A stretch of DNA of 64,000 bases from Octopus sinensis (taxonomy: Eukaryota), in NCBI RefSeq assembly GCF_006345805.1, contig NC_043014.1:31062001-31126000 (forward strand). Direction: 5' to 3'. Within the stretch, counting starts at the first letter, position 1, and the number at the start of each line of letters is the position of its first letter. The notes beneath the pieces were generated by a model. It saw only the letters and a list, made by a program, of their open reading frames with translations, was not told where the DNA came from and did not search any database. Shown piece after piece: positions 1-12,236 of this stretch. A program made the translations under genes and the position numbers.

Positions 1-165
1 CCATTTACAACCATTTACACAGGAGCTCTGGGCAAAATATAGTGCATGACCATCCTTGGGATGTAAGTAATGTGTGTGTAAAGTTTGAAGAAAATTGGTT
101 GAGAATTGTGGAAATGTATGCATTAGTCATTATACATACACACACTGTGGTTTATATATATTAGA
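1..165 (-). mobile_element. Helitron-like 5' terminal segment (runs off window start)
   Basis: Minus strand reads A|TCTAATATATATAAACC at ~165, followed by CAATTTTCTTCAAACTTTACAC. This has the same A|TC-TATATATAAA start as the element end at 4356. Confidence 0.45.
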
Positions 166-256
166 TGTATATACACACACATACTGTGATTTATATATAC
201 TAGATATATATATACACGCAGGTTTTTGAATTTGTGTTTGTTTACACACGCGCACA

Positions 257-470
257 CATCATCATCATCATTTAAAATACATTTTCCATGCTGGTATGGA
301 GTGGACAGTTTGACAAGAGCTGGCAAGTTGGAGAGCTGCACCAGGCTCAAATTGTCTGTTTTGGCACAATTTCTACAGCTGATGCCCTTCCTAATGCCAA
401 CCACTTAACAGAGTGTATGGAGTGCTTTTTACAAAGCACCAGCACGGGTTCTTTATATGTGGGGACTCCA
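257..470 (-). mobile_element. RTE-type LINE 3' tail fragment
   Basis: (CAT)n then TTTCCATGCTGG...GATGCCCTTCCTAATGCCAACCAC. This is the reverse complement of the tail that terminates the coding RTE copy at 13519-14808. Confidence 0.75.
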
Positions 471-774
471 GCACCCGTGAGTGCTGTAATATCTACTTTA
501 CCATGTTTGCATGGGTCAAATGAATATTATTGAGTTTGATTTTGTACAGCCAAGTGAAATTCCTGTCATGAGCCCCCACCTGTCTCCAAGCTAGGAAATA
601 GTTCTTTGTGACCAGACAAGGTTTTGCAGAATATTGGAAATTATTGACACCACTTGTATGATAATGATACTCATTTACAACTATCAGGCAATATCAAGAC
701 AAGGAGATGCAAGCAGAGAGAGACATGCGCACACTCTCTTTCTCTCTCTCTCTCTCTCACACGCGCACATACAC

Positions 775-821
<47 letters not shown>

Positions 822-879
822 GTATATACATGGTGGGTATCTATCTCTCTCATCTACTCCTGCATGCTGATATTTTCCA

Positions 880-1269
880 TCAGCCACACCTTCACCCTTG
901 TCCATCACTCACTACATTCCCCCCACCCACATTTATCTGGTACTCTTCTCTCATACTCACCTCCAGATATCTTCAGGGTTCACTTTGCTACCTCATTGCC
1001 ATCATCTTTATCTCCTTTCCAGATATTCCCATTCACCTTTATATAATGTGGGGTACACCCTGTATTTTCTTTTTAGTAAGACACCTGTGCTTTACCCACT
1101 GTCATACTTTAGCTTTTCATCACCTGGGATATAGCCATCTCCCCCTCTTCCCCACTCTCTTAAGGTGCTTATTTTTCTTTTCTTGTCTTGTAAGCTTCTC
1201 GATGACCTCACTAGTGCTGGTGCTATGAAAAAAACACTTACCACACACTAAAAAGTGGTTAGCATTAGG
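880..1269 (+). mobile_element. Degenerate LINE-derived segment ending in a truncated RTE-type tail
   Basis: GATGACCTCACTAGTGCTGGTGC...AAGTGGTTAGCATTAGG (1201-1269) matches other tail copies (4918, 39119). It is preceded by pyrimidine-rich decayed sequence. Confidence 0.5.
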
Positions 1270-1451
1270 TTGTTCATTATGTTGCATGGAAATCTTTGAA
1301 ATCATGAGATATGAGAAGAATCTTGTCGATAAATTTGAGGAATTATACGATGTCATTGCAAGATGTAAAAAAAACAAAACTTTCTCACATTACCAATCAC
1401 CATATTTTTATTTGATATTGCGATAATAATAAAATAATAATAGTAATAGTA

Positions 1452-1665
1452 ATTTCAAATTTTGGTGCAAGGTCAGCAGTTTTGGGGAAAAGGTCAAGTT
1501 GATTAAATCAATGCCAGTGCTCAGCTCGTACTTATTTTATTGACCCTGAAGGGATGAAAGGCAAAGTCAACCGTGGCAGAATCTGAACTTAGAACATAAA
1601 AACGGACAAAATGCCACTAAACAATTTACCTACTGTGCTATCAATTCTGCCAGCTTGCTGTCTTA
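1452..1665 (-). mobile_element. tRNA-derived SINE, family A
   Basis: Minus-strand head GCTGGCAGAATTGATAGC with B-box-like GTTCAGATTC, then the body GACTTTGCCTTTCATCC...CAATAAAATAAGTAC shared by about 20 copies in the window. Confidence 0.8.
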
Positions 1666-2079
1666 AATAATAATTATAATAATGATAATAATCATAATGA
1701 TTTCAAATTTTGACACTAGGCCAGCAACTTGCAGGGTGGGGTGGGGGCAGATAAGTCGAGTACATTGGCTAGGCCTGCTTTGCACCATGCATTTGATATC
1801 AGGACAATATGTTTTAGTATTTAGTTAAAGCCTTTCTTTTTAACTCTTGAGGCTTGTATTCCTTTTAGGTTATCTTTGTATATTCCTTAAACTCAGCATA
1901 TCAGCCTACAAATTCTGAAGATTGGGAGTGGTGTTGATATAATAGGTTAGTACCCCAGCACTGTCATGATACCATGTTGACAGTAATTTCTATCTATTGT
2001 ACAGTAAGGGCTAACTACAAGGCAATAGTCATATTTGATATAATTAAGTACCAATTAAGTTGGAATGTCTTTTGCTCTA

Positions 2080-2273
2080 TGTGTATATGTCTGTTTGCCT
2101 GCGCATATATGTTCATATGTTATGTGTATATAGTATGTGTGTGTGGGGGTGTATATATATGTATGTGTATATATATGTGTGTATGTATGTATGTATATGT
2201 TATGTATGTGTGTGTGTATATATATATAGACATGTATGTATATATATATGTGTGTGTGTATGTATATAGACAT

Positions 2274-2316
<43 letters not shown>
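2080..2316. repeat. Compound (TA)n/(TG)n/(TATG)n microsatellite
   Basis: Directly visible dinucleotide and tetranucleotide runs; source of several spurious ORFs. Confidence 0.95.
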
Positions 2317-2317
<1 letters not shown>

Positions 2318-2384
2318 TAGCTGAAGGTGACCCGCTCTACGTGCGGATAAGAGTGTGGTTGTTACTTTCTGTTGCTTCCTTTCA

Positions 2385-2695
2385 GCACGTAAAAAGCACC
2401 ATCCGAACGTGGCGGATTGCAGCCCCGCCTTGACTGGCTTCTGTGCTGGTGGCACGTAAAAAGCACCAACCGATCGTGGCCGCTGCCAGCCCCCCTGGCA
2501 CCTGTGCAGGCGGCACAAAAAAGCACCCACTACGCTCACAGAGTGTTTGGCGTTAGGAAGGGCATCCATCTGTCGAAACACTGCCAGATGAGACTGGAGC
2601 CTGGTGCAGACTCCTGGCTTCCCAGACCCCTGTCAAACTGTCCAACCCGTGCTAGCACGGAAAACGGACGTTAAACGATGATGATGATGATGATT
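2385..2695 (+). mobile_element. Young RTE-type LINE 3' tail nested in the Helitron-like element
   Basis: AAAAAGCACC modules, then TTGGCGTTAGGAAGGGCATCCA...CGGACGTTAAACGATGATGATGATGAT; CpGs are retained. Confidence 0.85.
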
Positions 2696-3382
2696 CTCCC
2701 TCTTTGTTTCTTTCTCCTTTCTCTCTCACTTTCCCACTCTCTTACTCTTCCTTTCTCTCGGACTCTCCCTCGCTTTCTCTTACTCTCTATCTTTATGTAT
2801 CTCTCTCCCATTTATAAACAACAAAAGATCTTGAGTAAGTTGAGAAATAAAATATTTAGAAAGATCAATCATAAATATCAGGCAGTTACAAAGGAAAGGT
2901 CTGCTTCAAGACAGACAGCAAAACACTAACATTTAAAAGGGACAGACGAACTTGCGAGCTGAATAAAAATAATAAAATATTGGAAACTAAAGTTTGAAGG
3001 GATAGAATTTGAGGATAGTAGAGTCACCATGGCTGGCATTTCTTAACGACGGACAGCAACGTATTGACAGTTCAACGGCTGGCGTAAAATTTTGAACTTG
3101 ATGTAAAAGAAAATCCCTAAAAACCAAGTTTTGACTTGATTCTTTCTCACGACAGTAGACTCACGATGGCAAGCATTCAAAACTTCTTCATCATGGATGG
3201 CAACACATAGACGATTAAAAGGCTGGAGCAAACTTTTTAGCTTGATGTAACAGAGAATTGCTAAACACCCGCTCCTTTAAATTTTAATCCCCTTCCAGCC
3301 CCATTTATACCCCTTTTCACCTTTTGGTTAATATAACCCGATTTCATTTGGGTCTACTGGGGCCACATTTTATAAGATGAGG

Positions 3383-3538
3383 ACTCAACCAAGTTTCCCA
3401 ACTTCTGGTCATAGACCATAGAACAGTCAAGCAAGTTTCCCGAGTTCTGGTCATAGACCATAGAACACTCAACCAAGTTTCCCGAGTTCTGGTCATAGAC
3501 CATAGAACACTAAACCAAGTTTCCCGAGTTCTGGTCAT
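3383..3538. repeat. 42-bp tandem repeat, about 3.7 copies
   Basis: Unit AACCAAGTTTCCCGAGTTCTGGTCATAGACCATAGAACACTC; the 14-aa periodicity of ORF 3344..3592 confirms the 42-bp period. Confidence 0.95.
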
Positions 3539-4425
3539 TTGCAGAATAAATAGAGACGGCGGAGGTGGCAGATGTCGTTGCAATGTAAACATGATTTGTT
3601 ATAAGAGAAAGATTGTCCAGATTGTGTGGTGTTGGTGGTGGCGATGATAATTATCATTAGGAAAAAGAGTGAGTGAGTGAGGAAGACATACATAAGCTGT
3701 GGCGATGATAATTGTAGACCCCTTTTCACATTTTGATGAAGAGAACCCGATTTCATTCGGGTGTACTGGGGCCACATATAGGTGTGTGTGTGTGTGTGTG
3801 TGCACGCTGTAGAAATTAAATTAGAGATAAAACCACTAATAGGGAAATGAAACAGTAAAAAACCAAAAACAAAAACATAAAAATAAAAATATAATATTAG
3901 ATATATGTATATATGTGTGTGTGTGTGTGTGTGTGTTGACAGGTAGACAATAGAATGCGATGGCGATGGGGATGGCGATGTAATATTTGTTACTGTCCAT
4001 GAACGCTGATAGATACATGAGTAAAATGTATAGGAAGGTAAGAGATAAGAGTGAGTGAAAATGTTCTTGGAAGAGAGTAAATAGCGACAGAGCGATTTGA
4101 GGAAGACTTTACATTAAATAACGGTAGTTGCATTGTCAAATGAAGAGGAGTGACAGAGTACTGGAGGAAATAGGGTGAGGTAGGAAGATGGCCCCTAGCA
4201 ACCACACCTTTTAAGATAGGGATTTCTAAGGTAGCCCACGCGCATCGTCACCTCATTCTACATGTCCCTGTAAATTTTGGAGCGAATCGGACGGGATGTA
4301 GTGGCATTGAAAGCGAACCAAGCGGTAAAAACGCATTTCAGTTTTATATATAGAGATATATATATATATATATATATTTATATACACACATATATATATA
4401 TGTACAAATATATTGTTTTGATGTA

Positions 4426-4651
4426 TAGTAATCCCTCGCCATATCGTGGTTCACCTATTGTGGTTTGTTATTTAAGCTTACATTGATTCCTCCATGGTGT
4501 TATTTTGCATTTATAATAAAATATGTACAAATTATAAAAATAATAAAGAAAAAATGTACAGTACAGTACTGTTTCTACTTCGTGGATTTTCACCTGTTCG
4601 GGGGGGGGGTAGGGATGGAACGTAACACCCACGATAGTTAAGGGATTACTG
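4426..4651. mobile_element. Tigger/pogo-type MITE
   Basis: Left TA|TAGTAATCCCTCGCCATATCGTGG versus reverse complement of the right end CAGTAATCCCTTAACTATCGTGG; no coding capacity. Confidence 0.7.
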
Positions 4652-4704
4652 CATATGTGTATCTTTGTATATGTTTGTGAATGTGCTTGTATGTGTGTGC
4701 ACCT

Positions 4705-5110
4705 CAAATCTCTACACCTGCTCTCTCTCCTCCTTGAACCTTGAGGGTATACCTTGATATCTCATCTTCACTACCCCTCTTCCCTTTCCTACTGTATCTC
4801 CTCTACATTTAGACATGTTCCGGTTTCTTTACCTACTTTAGCCTCTTAACAACCGACACAAACCTGCCTTCCTCAATACTCTACCCCATTCTTGAGGGGT
4901 TTATCTTAAGTTACTTGGTGACCCCACTAGTGTTGATGTTACAAAAAAGCAGGCAGTGCTCTCTGTGAAGTGGTTGCAGTTTGGAAGTGCATCCAGCTGT
5001 AGAAACCTTGCCAGACTAGACATTGGAGAGCAACACAGCCTTCAGAAAGTCAGATCCTGTTAAACTGTCCAACTTAAACCAGCATGGACATGGATTCATA
5101 TGTTGATGAT
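4705..5110 (+). mobile_element. Degenerate LINE-derived segment with RTE-type tail
   Basis: CTTGGTGACCCCACTAGTG...GCATCCAGCTGTAGAAACC...CCAGCATGG...GATGATG. Confidence 0.65.
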
Positions 5111-5128
5111 GTGTTTGTTATGAGTATT

Positions 5129-5163
<35 letters not shown>

Positions 5164-5249
5164 GGGCGGCGTTAGCTTTTGGCCACTTGTTTCTGCCTGT
5201 AGGGGTACATTACCCAATTTTCTAAAGCTGTTGTCACAGTTATTCTCCT

Positions 5250-6420
5250 AGGTTTGAGATTTTCTTGATTTCTAAAAATATGCCACCCTCTCAGTGCTTC
5301 AATACTTGTTTATAAAATTGACAATGACATTATCTTGGCTGAAGATTTTGACTTTATTGATAGTCTTGCTATCTGGAACATCTCATACTGTTGATCCTCA
5401 TGTTGTAAGTCGTTGACAAATGTCTTTTTTTTCTGCTTTTGCTCTAGCTAAATAAGCCTTTTGCCTATAAATAAACCTGTTAGCTGCCTAACACAGTTAT
5501 GTGCTCCCTCTGTTTTCCACTCTTTTCAAATCCATAACCCTGTCTACCTTTCTGTTATAACCATAATGTCACCCCTGATCTAGTTGAAGCTCTGTCCCCC
5601 AGACACATATTTGGTCTGTCAACCTCAGTAGGTTAACCTGTGAGAACTTCTATTTGTGCTCTATGATATACATCTCTATCTCTTCCTCCTTGTCAAATGC
5701 TTCAATTAAAACATCTCTAAATCTCTGTTTGAAGAGTCTTAAGCTTCCATATCCTCTTTTCCAACTTGATTTGTGTCTTTGGCTCCTTCAAGCCCTCATT
5801 TACCTTTGTTGAGTTTTATATTCTTCACCCAAGAAGGATTTTGTATTCACAAGCATCTGTCTATCCTGTTTTCTGGTGAGAATGTAGTCAATCTGGCATT
5901 TGTGTCCACCAGATTGATATTTAATTAGATGGTATCCTGAAGTTAGTGTTGCAGACCAAGTCCTTCATTTTACAGAACTCCAGTACCCTTGTTCTGTTTT
6001 CATTTCTTGTACCAAATCATATCTTCCCTACACTCCATAAAATCTATTACACTGCTGCCCAAAATGACCATTGAAATCTTCAGCCATGATCATGTCATGT
6101 CTTTCATCAGCTTGTAATCTGCAAAAAGGGACTCATAGAAATCATCTTTCTGTTCACTTGCCAGTCTGGTGTGTAGAGATTATGCAGATATAAATGTCAG
6201 TGTTACATTATACAAGATTATTTTTAGTTTAATAAACCTGTCATGCACCCTGGCTACCTTGATTTACCAAAAGTGTACGTATATTATCTACTCCCCATCT
6301 TGGATAATTTGTATTTATGTTCCTTTCCCTTAAGCAGTCTAGCCGAGGCTCCCCTCCATTGTAGCTCTTGCACACAGCACACGCCTGCATGTTTCTGTTG
6401 AAGCATTTCAATAATCTCAC
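5250..6420 (-). mobile_element. RTE-clade LINE, apurinic endonuclease region (disrupted)
   Basis: Minus-strand peptides EIIEMLQQKHAGVCCVQELQWRGASARLLKGKEHKYK, DFNGHFGQ and YQSGGHKCQIDYILTRK (QE/W, DFN and IDYI motifs of APE domains), with stops and frameshifts. Confidence 0.85.
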
Positions 6421-6507
6421 ATATGTATATAGGTATATGCTTATGTCTGTTTATATGTATATGTGTGTATATATATATAAGGTTGTGTGTATATATATAT
6501 GTATATA

Positions 6508-6538
<31 letters not shown>

Positions 6539-6569
6539 GTCTTTGTATATGTGTGTGTGTGTGTGTATA

Positions 6570-6751
6570 CAGAGTTGGCCAAAAGTCACCCAACAGTAAA
6601 TCAAAATTCCATAAATACTATCTAATTTGAATGATTTTCATGATGTTTCATATTTCGATGCTTTTATTAAATTCATTCAATTGTTAAACATAAATAAATC
6701 TTGGAATTAAATGGGTTTGATTTACTGTCAGCTGACTTTTGGCCAACCCTG
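6570..6751. mobile_element. Tc1/mariner-superfamily MITE, 182 bp
   Basis: 36-bp TIRs, CAGAGTTGGCCAAAAGTCACCCAACAGTAAATCAAA (6570-6605) versus 6716-6751, match at 32/36; TA on both flanks. Confidence 0.9.
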
Positions 6752-8065
6752 TATATATTTATGTAATGTGTATGTGTTAGTATATTTGCATGTATATACA
6801 TGTGTGTGTGTATTTGTCTCTATGTATGTATTTAAATGTCTGTGTATATATGTTTATGTGTATGTATATGTTTATGTGTGTGTATATGTATATTTATGGT
6901 TGTGTGTATATATGTGTGTGAACATATGTATGTAATATATGTATATATGATATGAATATGTCTGTGCGTATGCATATATGTATGTACACACACACAATTC
7001 CTCTGCCACCACCAAATAGAATAAATTTGATTCCCAGATGTTTTTCAACTCAGCGTTTAATAACGAACTGAAAATAATAAAAATTCAGCTGGCTATTAAT
7101 TTTTGTCAATTTTGTCTCACCGAATCTTCTTGACCTGCCAATAATGTCGATAGTAATAATAATAATTAAAATTAGAATGATAATAACAGCGGAATCTGTT
7201 ATTATATTGTCCAAATTTTTAAAAATATAACCAAAACTCAACAAGAAGTAAAAATGAATGAATATAAATAATTTCATTACGTCAGCAATGCAACACCTTC
7301 TGCTCAATGTGAGGAATGGAGAGTGAGAGAGAGAACAAGAAACAAGCAATAAATAGGAGAGGGAAATGCAATGAATAAAGGGTAAGAAAAAACCTTGATG
7401 AACCATTTGCAAATGTGTGTGTGTGTGTCTGTATGCACACACACACACATACACATACACACACACACACATACATATATATATGGGGGGGGGGTTCTGT
7501 AGGTAGTGTCTGGGTTGATAGGCTTATTGTGAGAGTTCTGATTGTTGCTATTTTTATTTTTGCATAGTTTTTGTTGGTGTTTTATTTTCATCCTTTTTTT
7601 TTTTAATAGAATCAACTCAAATAGTGGTATATGAATTCCTCCCACCTAATTGTGTGAGTGTGTGTGCACGCGCATATATATGTAAACATGCAAACACACT
7701 TCTAGATGCATGTCTGTGTTCTTCAGTTTGTTTTTAGTCCCTGTGGTCAACCTCTACAGGAACACTACTCCACCCACACTCTGCTGTACGCATATGTGTG
7801 TGTGTGTGTGTGTGGTAAACTGCGTAATATTGATGTTTACTCATTCATATCTACACATCTCATTCAAAACTGGTCATACTCATTTACACTACAGTATGTT
7901 TACTCCACTTTGTAGTAAAGGTGGTGATGGTGGTGACTTTAAAACTTCCCAACTAAAAATGGTTACAAAAGAAAACATGAAATATTGCAAAAAAAAAAGC
8001 AAAAAATTTTATAAGAGGTGCTTTTGTCTCTGCTGGTTCCAGTCACACTGTTGCATATTTTCCCC

Positions 8066-8085
8066 ATGTATACACACATATATAT

Positions 8086-8122
<37 letters not shown>

Positions 8123-8353
8123 GTTTGTATGTATATATTTATGTAGGTTTGTATGTATATATTTATGTAGGTTTGTATGTATATATGTATGTATGTTTGT
8201 ATATATGTATGTATATATGTGTGTATGTATGTATTTATGTATGTATGTATGTATGTATATGTGTATGTATGTATATATATATATGTATGTATGTATGTAT
8301 ATATATATATGTATGTATGTATATATATATATATATGTATGTATGTATTTATG

Positions 8354-8405
<52 letters not shown>

Positions 8406-8432
8406 TATGTATGTGTGTATATATATATATAT
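8066..8432. repeat. Long compound (TA)n/(TATG)n microsatellite
   Basis: Directly visible; generates the 251-aa and 157-aa low-complexity ORFs. Confidence 0.95.
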
Positions 8433-9936
8433 GCAAATTGTATTTATAGTATACATATGCTTTAAACTCATGCCCACATATTTATGTAACAAACATGCAC
8501 ACAACTTTCCACACACACACACATACACATCACATCAACTTTATACACATGCGCACTTATAGCTACAAATATGTCTATACATACACACTAGTATTTATAC
8601 ACAGTGCGCATACACACTCTTACATATATATGCATATGATCATATTTGTACACACGTCACACATACACACCTACTCACACAACTTCTCCATTCACATACA
8701 TATAATCATATTTACACAGATACACACACATACACACTTCTGTGTGTGTGTGTAGGGGTGGGGGTTTTCTGTGTGGCTTACATAGGTCAGTTCATGCGTT
8801 AGACAACAGCTTTAAGCAAGTCTATTCACCATGGAACATGCTTGGTCTGTAATGGGATAGATATTATTATAAACACCAAAAATCTGTTCTTACCAACTGG
8901 ATACATTGCCATCTTCGTAAGTTAAGCCCAGTCCCCATAACATTATTATAATTATTATTATTATTATTATTATTATTATGATCATCATCATCATCAGTAT
9001 TCATACATACTCATTACTTAATGTTTTAATTTTTATTGCTGATTTCACCCTTTTACTTAACGTAAATACACTTGGATTTTTTTCTGTGTGTGTGTGTGTG
9101 TGGTGTGTGTGTGTGTGTGTGTAATTTGCCTTCGTGCTGGCCCCAGTGTCTTGGGCCCTGGTGGTCAATAGGAAAAAAAAAATAATAATCATCATCATCA
9201 TTAAAACAATGATAATAATATTAATAAGTACTGCGGAGATAGCTTACTCACTCGTTCGATGCAACATCGCACAGTATGTAACAACTGATTTCTTTTATAC
9301 ATTCACTTAAGATTTCAAACCGATATTTTGGCTTCTTCTTTTTCTTCCTTTTTACTTTCTCTTCTTTCCTTCTATTTATTTTCATTCTTCCTTATTTTCC
9401 TTATTTTTCCTTTATCTCCTTTTTCTCTTTTTCCTCCCTCCTTTTGCCATTTTCTTTTCTTTTTTCATTTTCTTCAGGTATGTCTCATTTCCTTTTTTCC
9501 TTTTTTCTTCTTCTATCTCTCAATCTCTTCCTTATCATTCTAACAGCTCCTTGATAGCCTCTTTCTTGTTACTGTTTTGTCCCCGCTACCATCACTGCTG
9601 AAACCAGTAAGGTCTTGGATACCTATGGAAGTTTATAGTTTACCCAGGTGTTCTGTTGCAAAACTGACTTAGGGGTTAGAACTGGGATCTACATTGGCCA
9701 GACCCTCTCATTTCCTTTCTGATCTCTGAAATATCAGATTTTCAGATTTAGTGCTGATGCTATTGTTATGGTGGGAGTTTCATTGATTTAGCTGTTAGTT
9801 TTCTTACCTCTAATTATAGCTGTTACACTGATAGTGATGATACTGATTATGTCAGTAATAATATGGCTGTCCTAGTACCATGGCAAACGTAGTACACAAA
9901 AATATGTACCTATAACAAAACCTGTGTCTAAATGTC

Positions 9937-10004
9937 CTTCTTCTTCTTCTTCTTCTTCTTCTTCTTCTTCTTCTTCTTCTTCTTCTTCTTCTTCTTCTTC
10001 TTCT
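9937..10004. repeat. (CTT)n microsatellite
   Basis: About 22 perfect CTT units. Confidence 0.97.
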
Positions 10005-10420
10005 ATTATTCCTTTTGCACCAAACAGTTTATTATCATTTCATATACGCACAAATTTCTGACATCAGGCTACAAGTTCCCTTAGATGCCAAGAACCTTCC
10101 TAAATATGCTAGTTGTCCCTAATAATACAGTTTTCTGGGGCTGCTCTAAACTTAGCTTTATGACTATTTCCTCTCTCCATCTATTTAAATCTTTAGGAAT
10201 AGTTCCTGATGCACCTATAACTACAGAGATACACTATATTCGCACTTCCTATAGCTTCTTTACCTCAATGGCTTGGTCCTGGTACTTTGCTATTTTCTCT
10301 ATACCTCTCATATCGACTTTCTCATCGTTTGGGACTGTTAAGTCTATTGCCTCGTATTTTCTATTCTTTTTGTCTAGAACTACTAAATCAGATCTTCTGA
10401 CTTCTATTCTGTCAGTCTGA
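10005..10420 (-). mobile_element. R4/Dong-like non-LTR retrotransposon 3' end (restriction-like endonuclease)
   Basis: Minus-strand RRSDLVVLDKKNRKYEAIDLTVPNDEKVDMRGIEKIAKYQDQAIEVKKL, then (frameshifted) GALGTIPKDL...KTVLLGTTSIFRKVLGI*. These match the PD..D..K and GALG motifs of RLE domains. Confidence 0.85.
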
Positions 10421-10454
10421 ATGTTATTATCATCATCATCATCATTATTATTAC

Positions 10455-11300
10455 TATGGCAGCATATTGGCAGAATCATTAGTGCGTCAGACAAAATGTT
10501 TAGTAGCATCTCTTCAGTTCTTTACATTCTGAGTTCAAATGCCATTGAATTCAACTTTACCTTGGATCCTTTTGGGGTTGATAAATAAAATACTGGTCAA
10601 GTACTGGGGTTCATGTAATATGTAAACCCCACCTCCCCTAAAACTGCGGGCTTTGTACCAAAATTTGAAACATCATCATTATTATTATGGCAAACTGGCA
10701 GAATCAGCAACATGCCAGACAAAATGCTGAGTGGTATTTTATGTTTTTATGTTTTGAGTTCAAATTCCACTGAGGTTGACTTTGATTTTCATCTTCTTGG
10801 GGTAAATGAGATAAATATTAGCTGAGCATGGGGGCCGATATAATTGACTAGCCTTCTCCCAATTATTGGTTTCAAATTTTGGCACAAGGTCAGCAATTTT
10901 AGGGACGGGAATGAATTGAGTACATCAGTCCCAGTGCTCAACTTGTACTTATTTTCATTGACCCCGAATGGATGAAAGGCAAAGTTGATCTTGGTGTTAT
11001 TTGAACTCAGAACACTAAGCTGGAAGAGATACCACTAAGCATTTTGTTCAGCATGTTAACAATTCTACCAGCTTGCCATATTAATAATAATAATAATAAT
11101 AATCTTTTCTATTATGAGCACAAAGCCTGAAATTTTGGGGGAGGGAGTAAAGTTGATTATATCGACTGGTATTTATTTCATTGACCCTGAAAGGATGAAA
11201 GGCAAGTCGTCCATGGTGGAATTTGAACTCAGATCATAAGGACAGATGAAATGCTGTTAAGCATTTTTTCCAGTGTGCTAACGATTCTGCCAGCTTGCCA
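10455..11300. mobile_element. Cluster of four family-A SINEs (two plus ~10455-10672 and ~10686-10860; two minus ~10870-11080 and ~11105-11300)
   Basis: Each carries the GGCAGAATC head, GTTCAAAT B-box and GACTTTG..TTTCATC body; copies are separated by (TAA)n/(CAT)n. Confidence 0.8.
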
Positions 11301-11325
11301 TAATAATAATAATAATAATAATAAT

Positions 11326-11870
11326 ATTTGAAAAGTTTTAATATAATAAAGGTCTCAAAACATTTGAAAAGTTAAATAAATAGAATAGAGGTTTCAAAAA
11401 TGTGGTATCTAAAAACAATAGTACCTGTAATCATCAGAGCTTTGGGGACTATACCAAATGGTGTTCTTAAACACTATGGCCAAATACCAGAATTCCCAAA
11501 AGTATCAGAGCTATAAGAAATTGTTCTCATGGGTTACTGCCCACGTCCTAAGAAAAACATTGTCAATGATTCTCTTAAAACTCTTTCAAAACTGAAATAT
11601 TACAAATTTCACAGAATCTTAGTTCTCCGATTCTGATTTCCTTCCTCTTCATCATTGTTTATCATAAATGACATCCAGAAAACATCCAACTTACTGTTAC
11701 TTGAGGTCTCTGAATGAGACTAGTACCAAGTCTTATAATTTGCAGAAAGAGACCCCACAAGAGCTCTGCTAACAGCTTGATATCTGCTCTTAGAGAATCA
11801 ACCAGAGCAAGTAATACTGAGAGCCCTGAGAAGTAAAATATAACTAGCAAGACCCATGAATATTTCATGG
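11326..11870 (+). mobile_element. Second R4/Dong-like RLE retrotransposon 3' fragment
   Basis: IEVSKMWYLKTIVPVIIRALGTIPNGVLKHYGQIPEFPKVSEL*EIVLMG, then (frameshift) TAHVLRKTLSM; begins directly after (TAA)n at 11301-11325. The 3' limit is uncertain. Confidence 0.75.
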
Positions 11871-12016
11871 AACTAATGGTAAACTTATTGGGTTATTTTT
11901 GAAAACTTTATCCCCAAAATCTTAATAGAAGCCTGTGTTGTGTCTGTATGAAAAGATAGTCGCTCATCTGCTAATCATTGAAAAGTAAAGGATGTTGGAA
12001 TATGATGATTACTAAA

Positions 12017-12236
12017 CCCTTTCATTTCTGTATTTATTTTGAGATGCTTTCTGTTTCTTTCAATTACTTTAAACATAACAAAGAATTTAGTAAAATAACT
12101 TAGTTATCATTTAGCTACTGTTAGGAACATAAATTGTGACTAAGATTTGGTGGAAGATTTTAATTCATAACTTATGAAAACAAGACATTTGTACTCAGAT
12201 CCAGAGCCAGTTTCAGCCGGGTTGGTAACGAAAGGG
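12017..12236. mobile_element. TTAA-type (piggyBac-like) MITE, family 1
   Basis: Right end GGTAACGAAAGGG|TTAA, degenerate left end TAAA|CCCTTTC; internally homologous to 23438-23658. Confidence 0.8.

Larger units (their letters stand above)
2317..4356 (-). mobile_element. Non-autonomous Helitron-like element with both termini
   Basis: Minus 5' end A|TCTCTATATATAAAAC (4356). 3' end has hairpin CCGC-N7-GCGG (2332-2346) followed by CTAG|T (2320-2316). It is flanked by (TA)n on both sides and is CpG-rich relative to its flanks. Confidence 0.7.

Noticed and set aside
3383-3538. 42-bp array as a CRISPR
   Set aside because: The units are contiguous with no unique spacers, the context is eukaryotic and there are no cas genes.
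7710-8465. 251-aa ORF (and similar Y/I/C/V/M/H/T-rich ORFs at 654, 707, 1974, 2120, 7963, 8125, 18023)
   Set aside because: These are translations of (TA)n/(TG)n/(TATG)n microsatellites, which lack stops in several frames.
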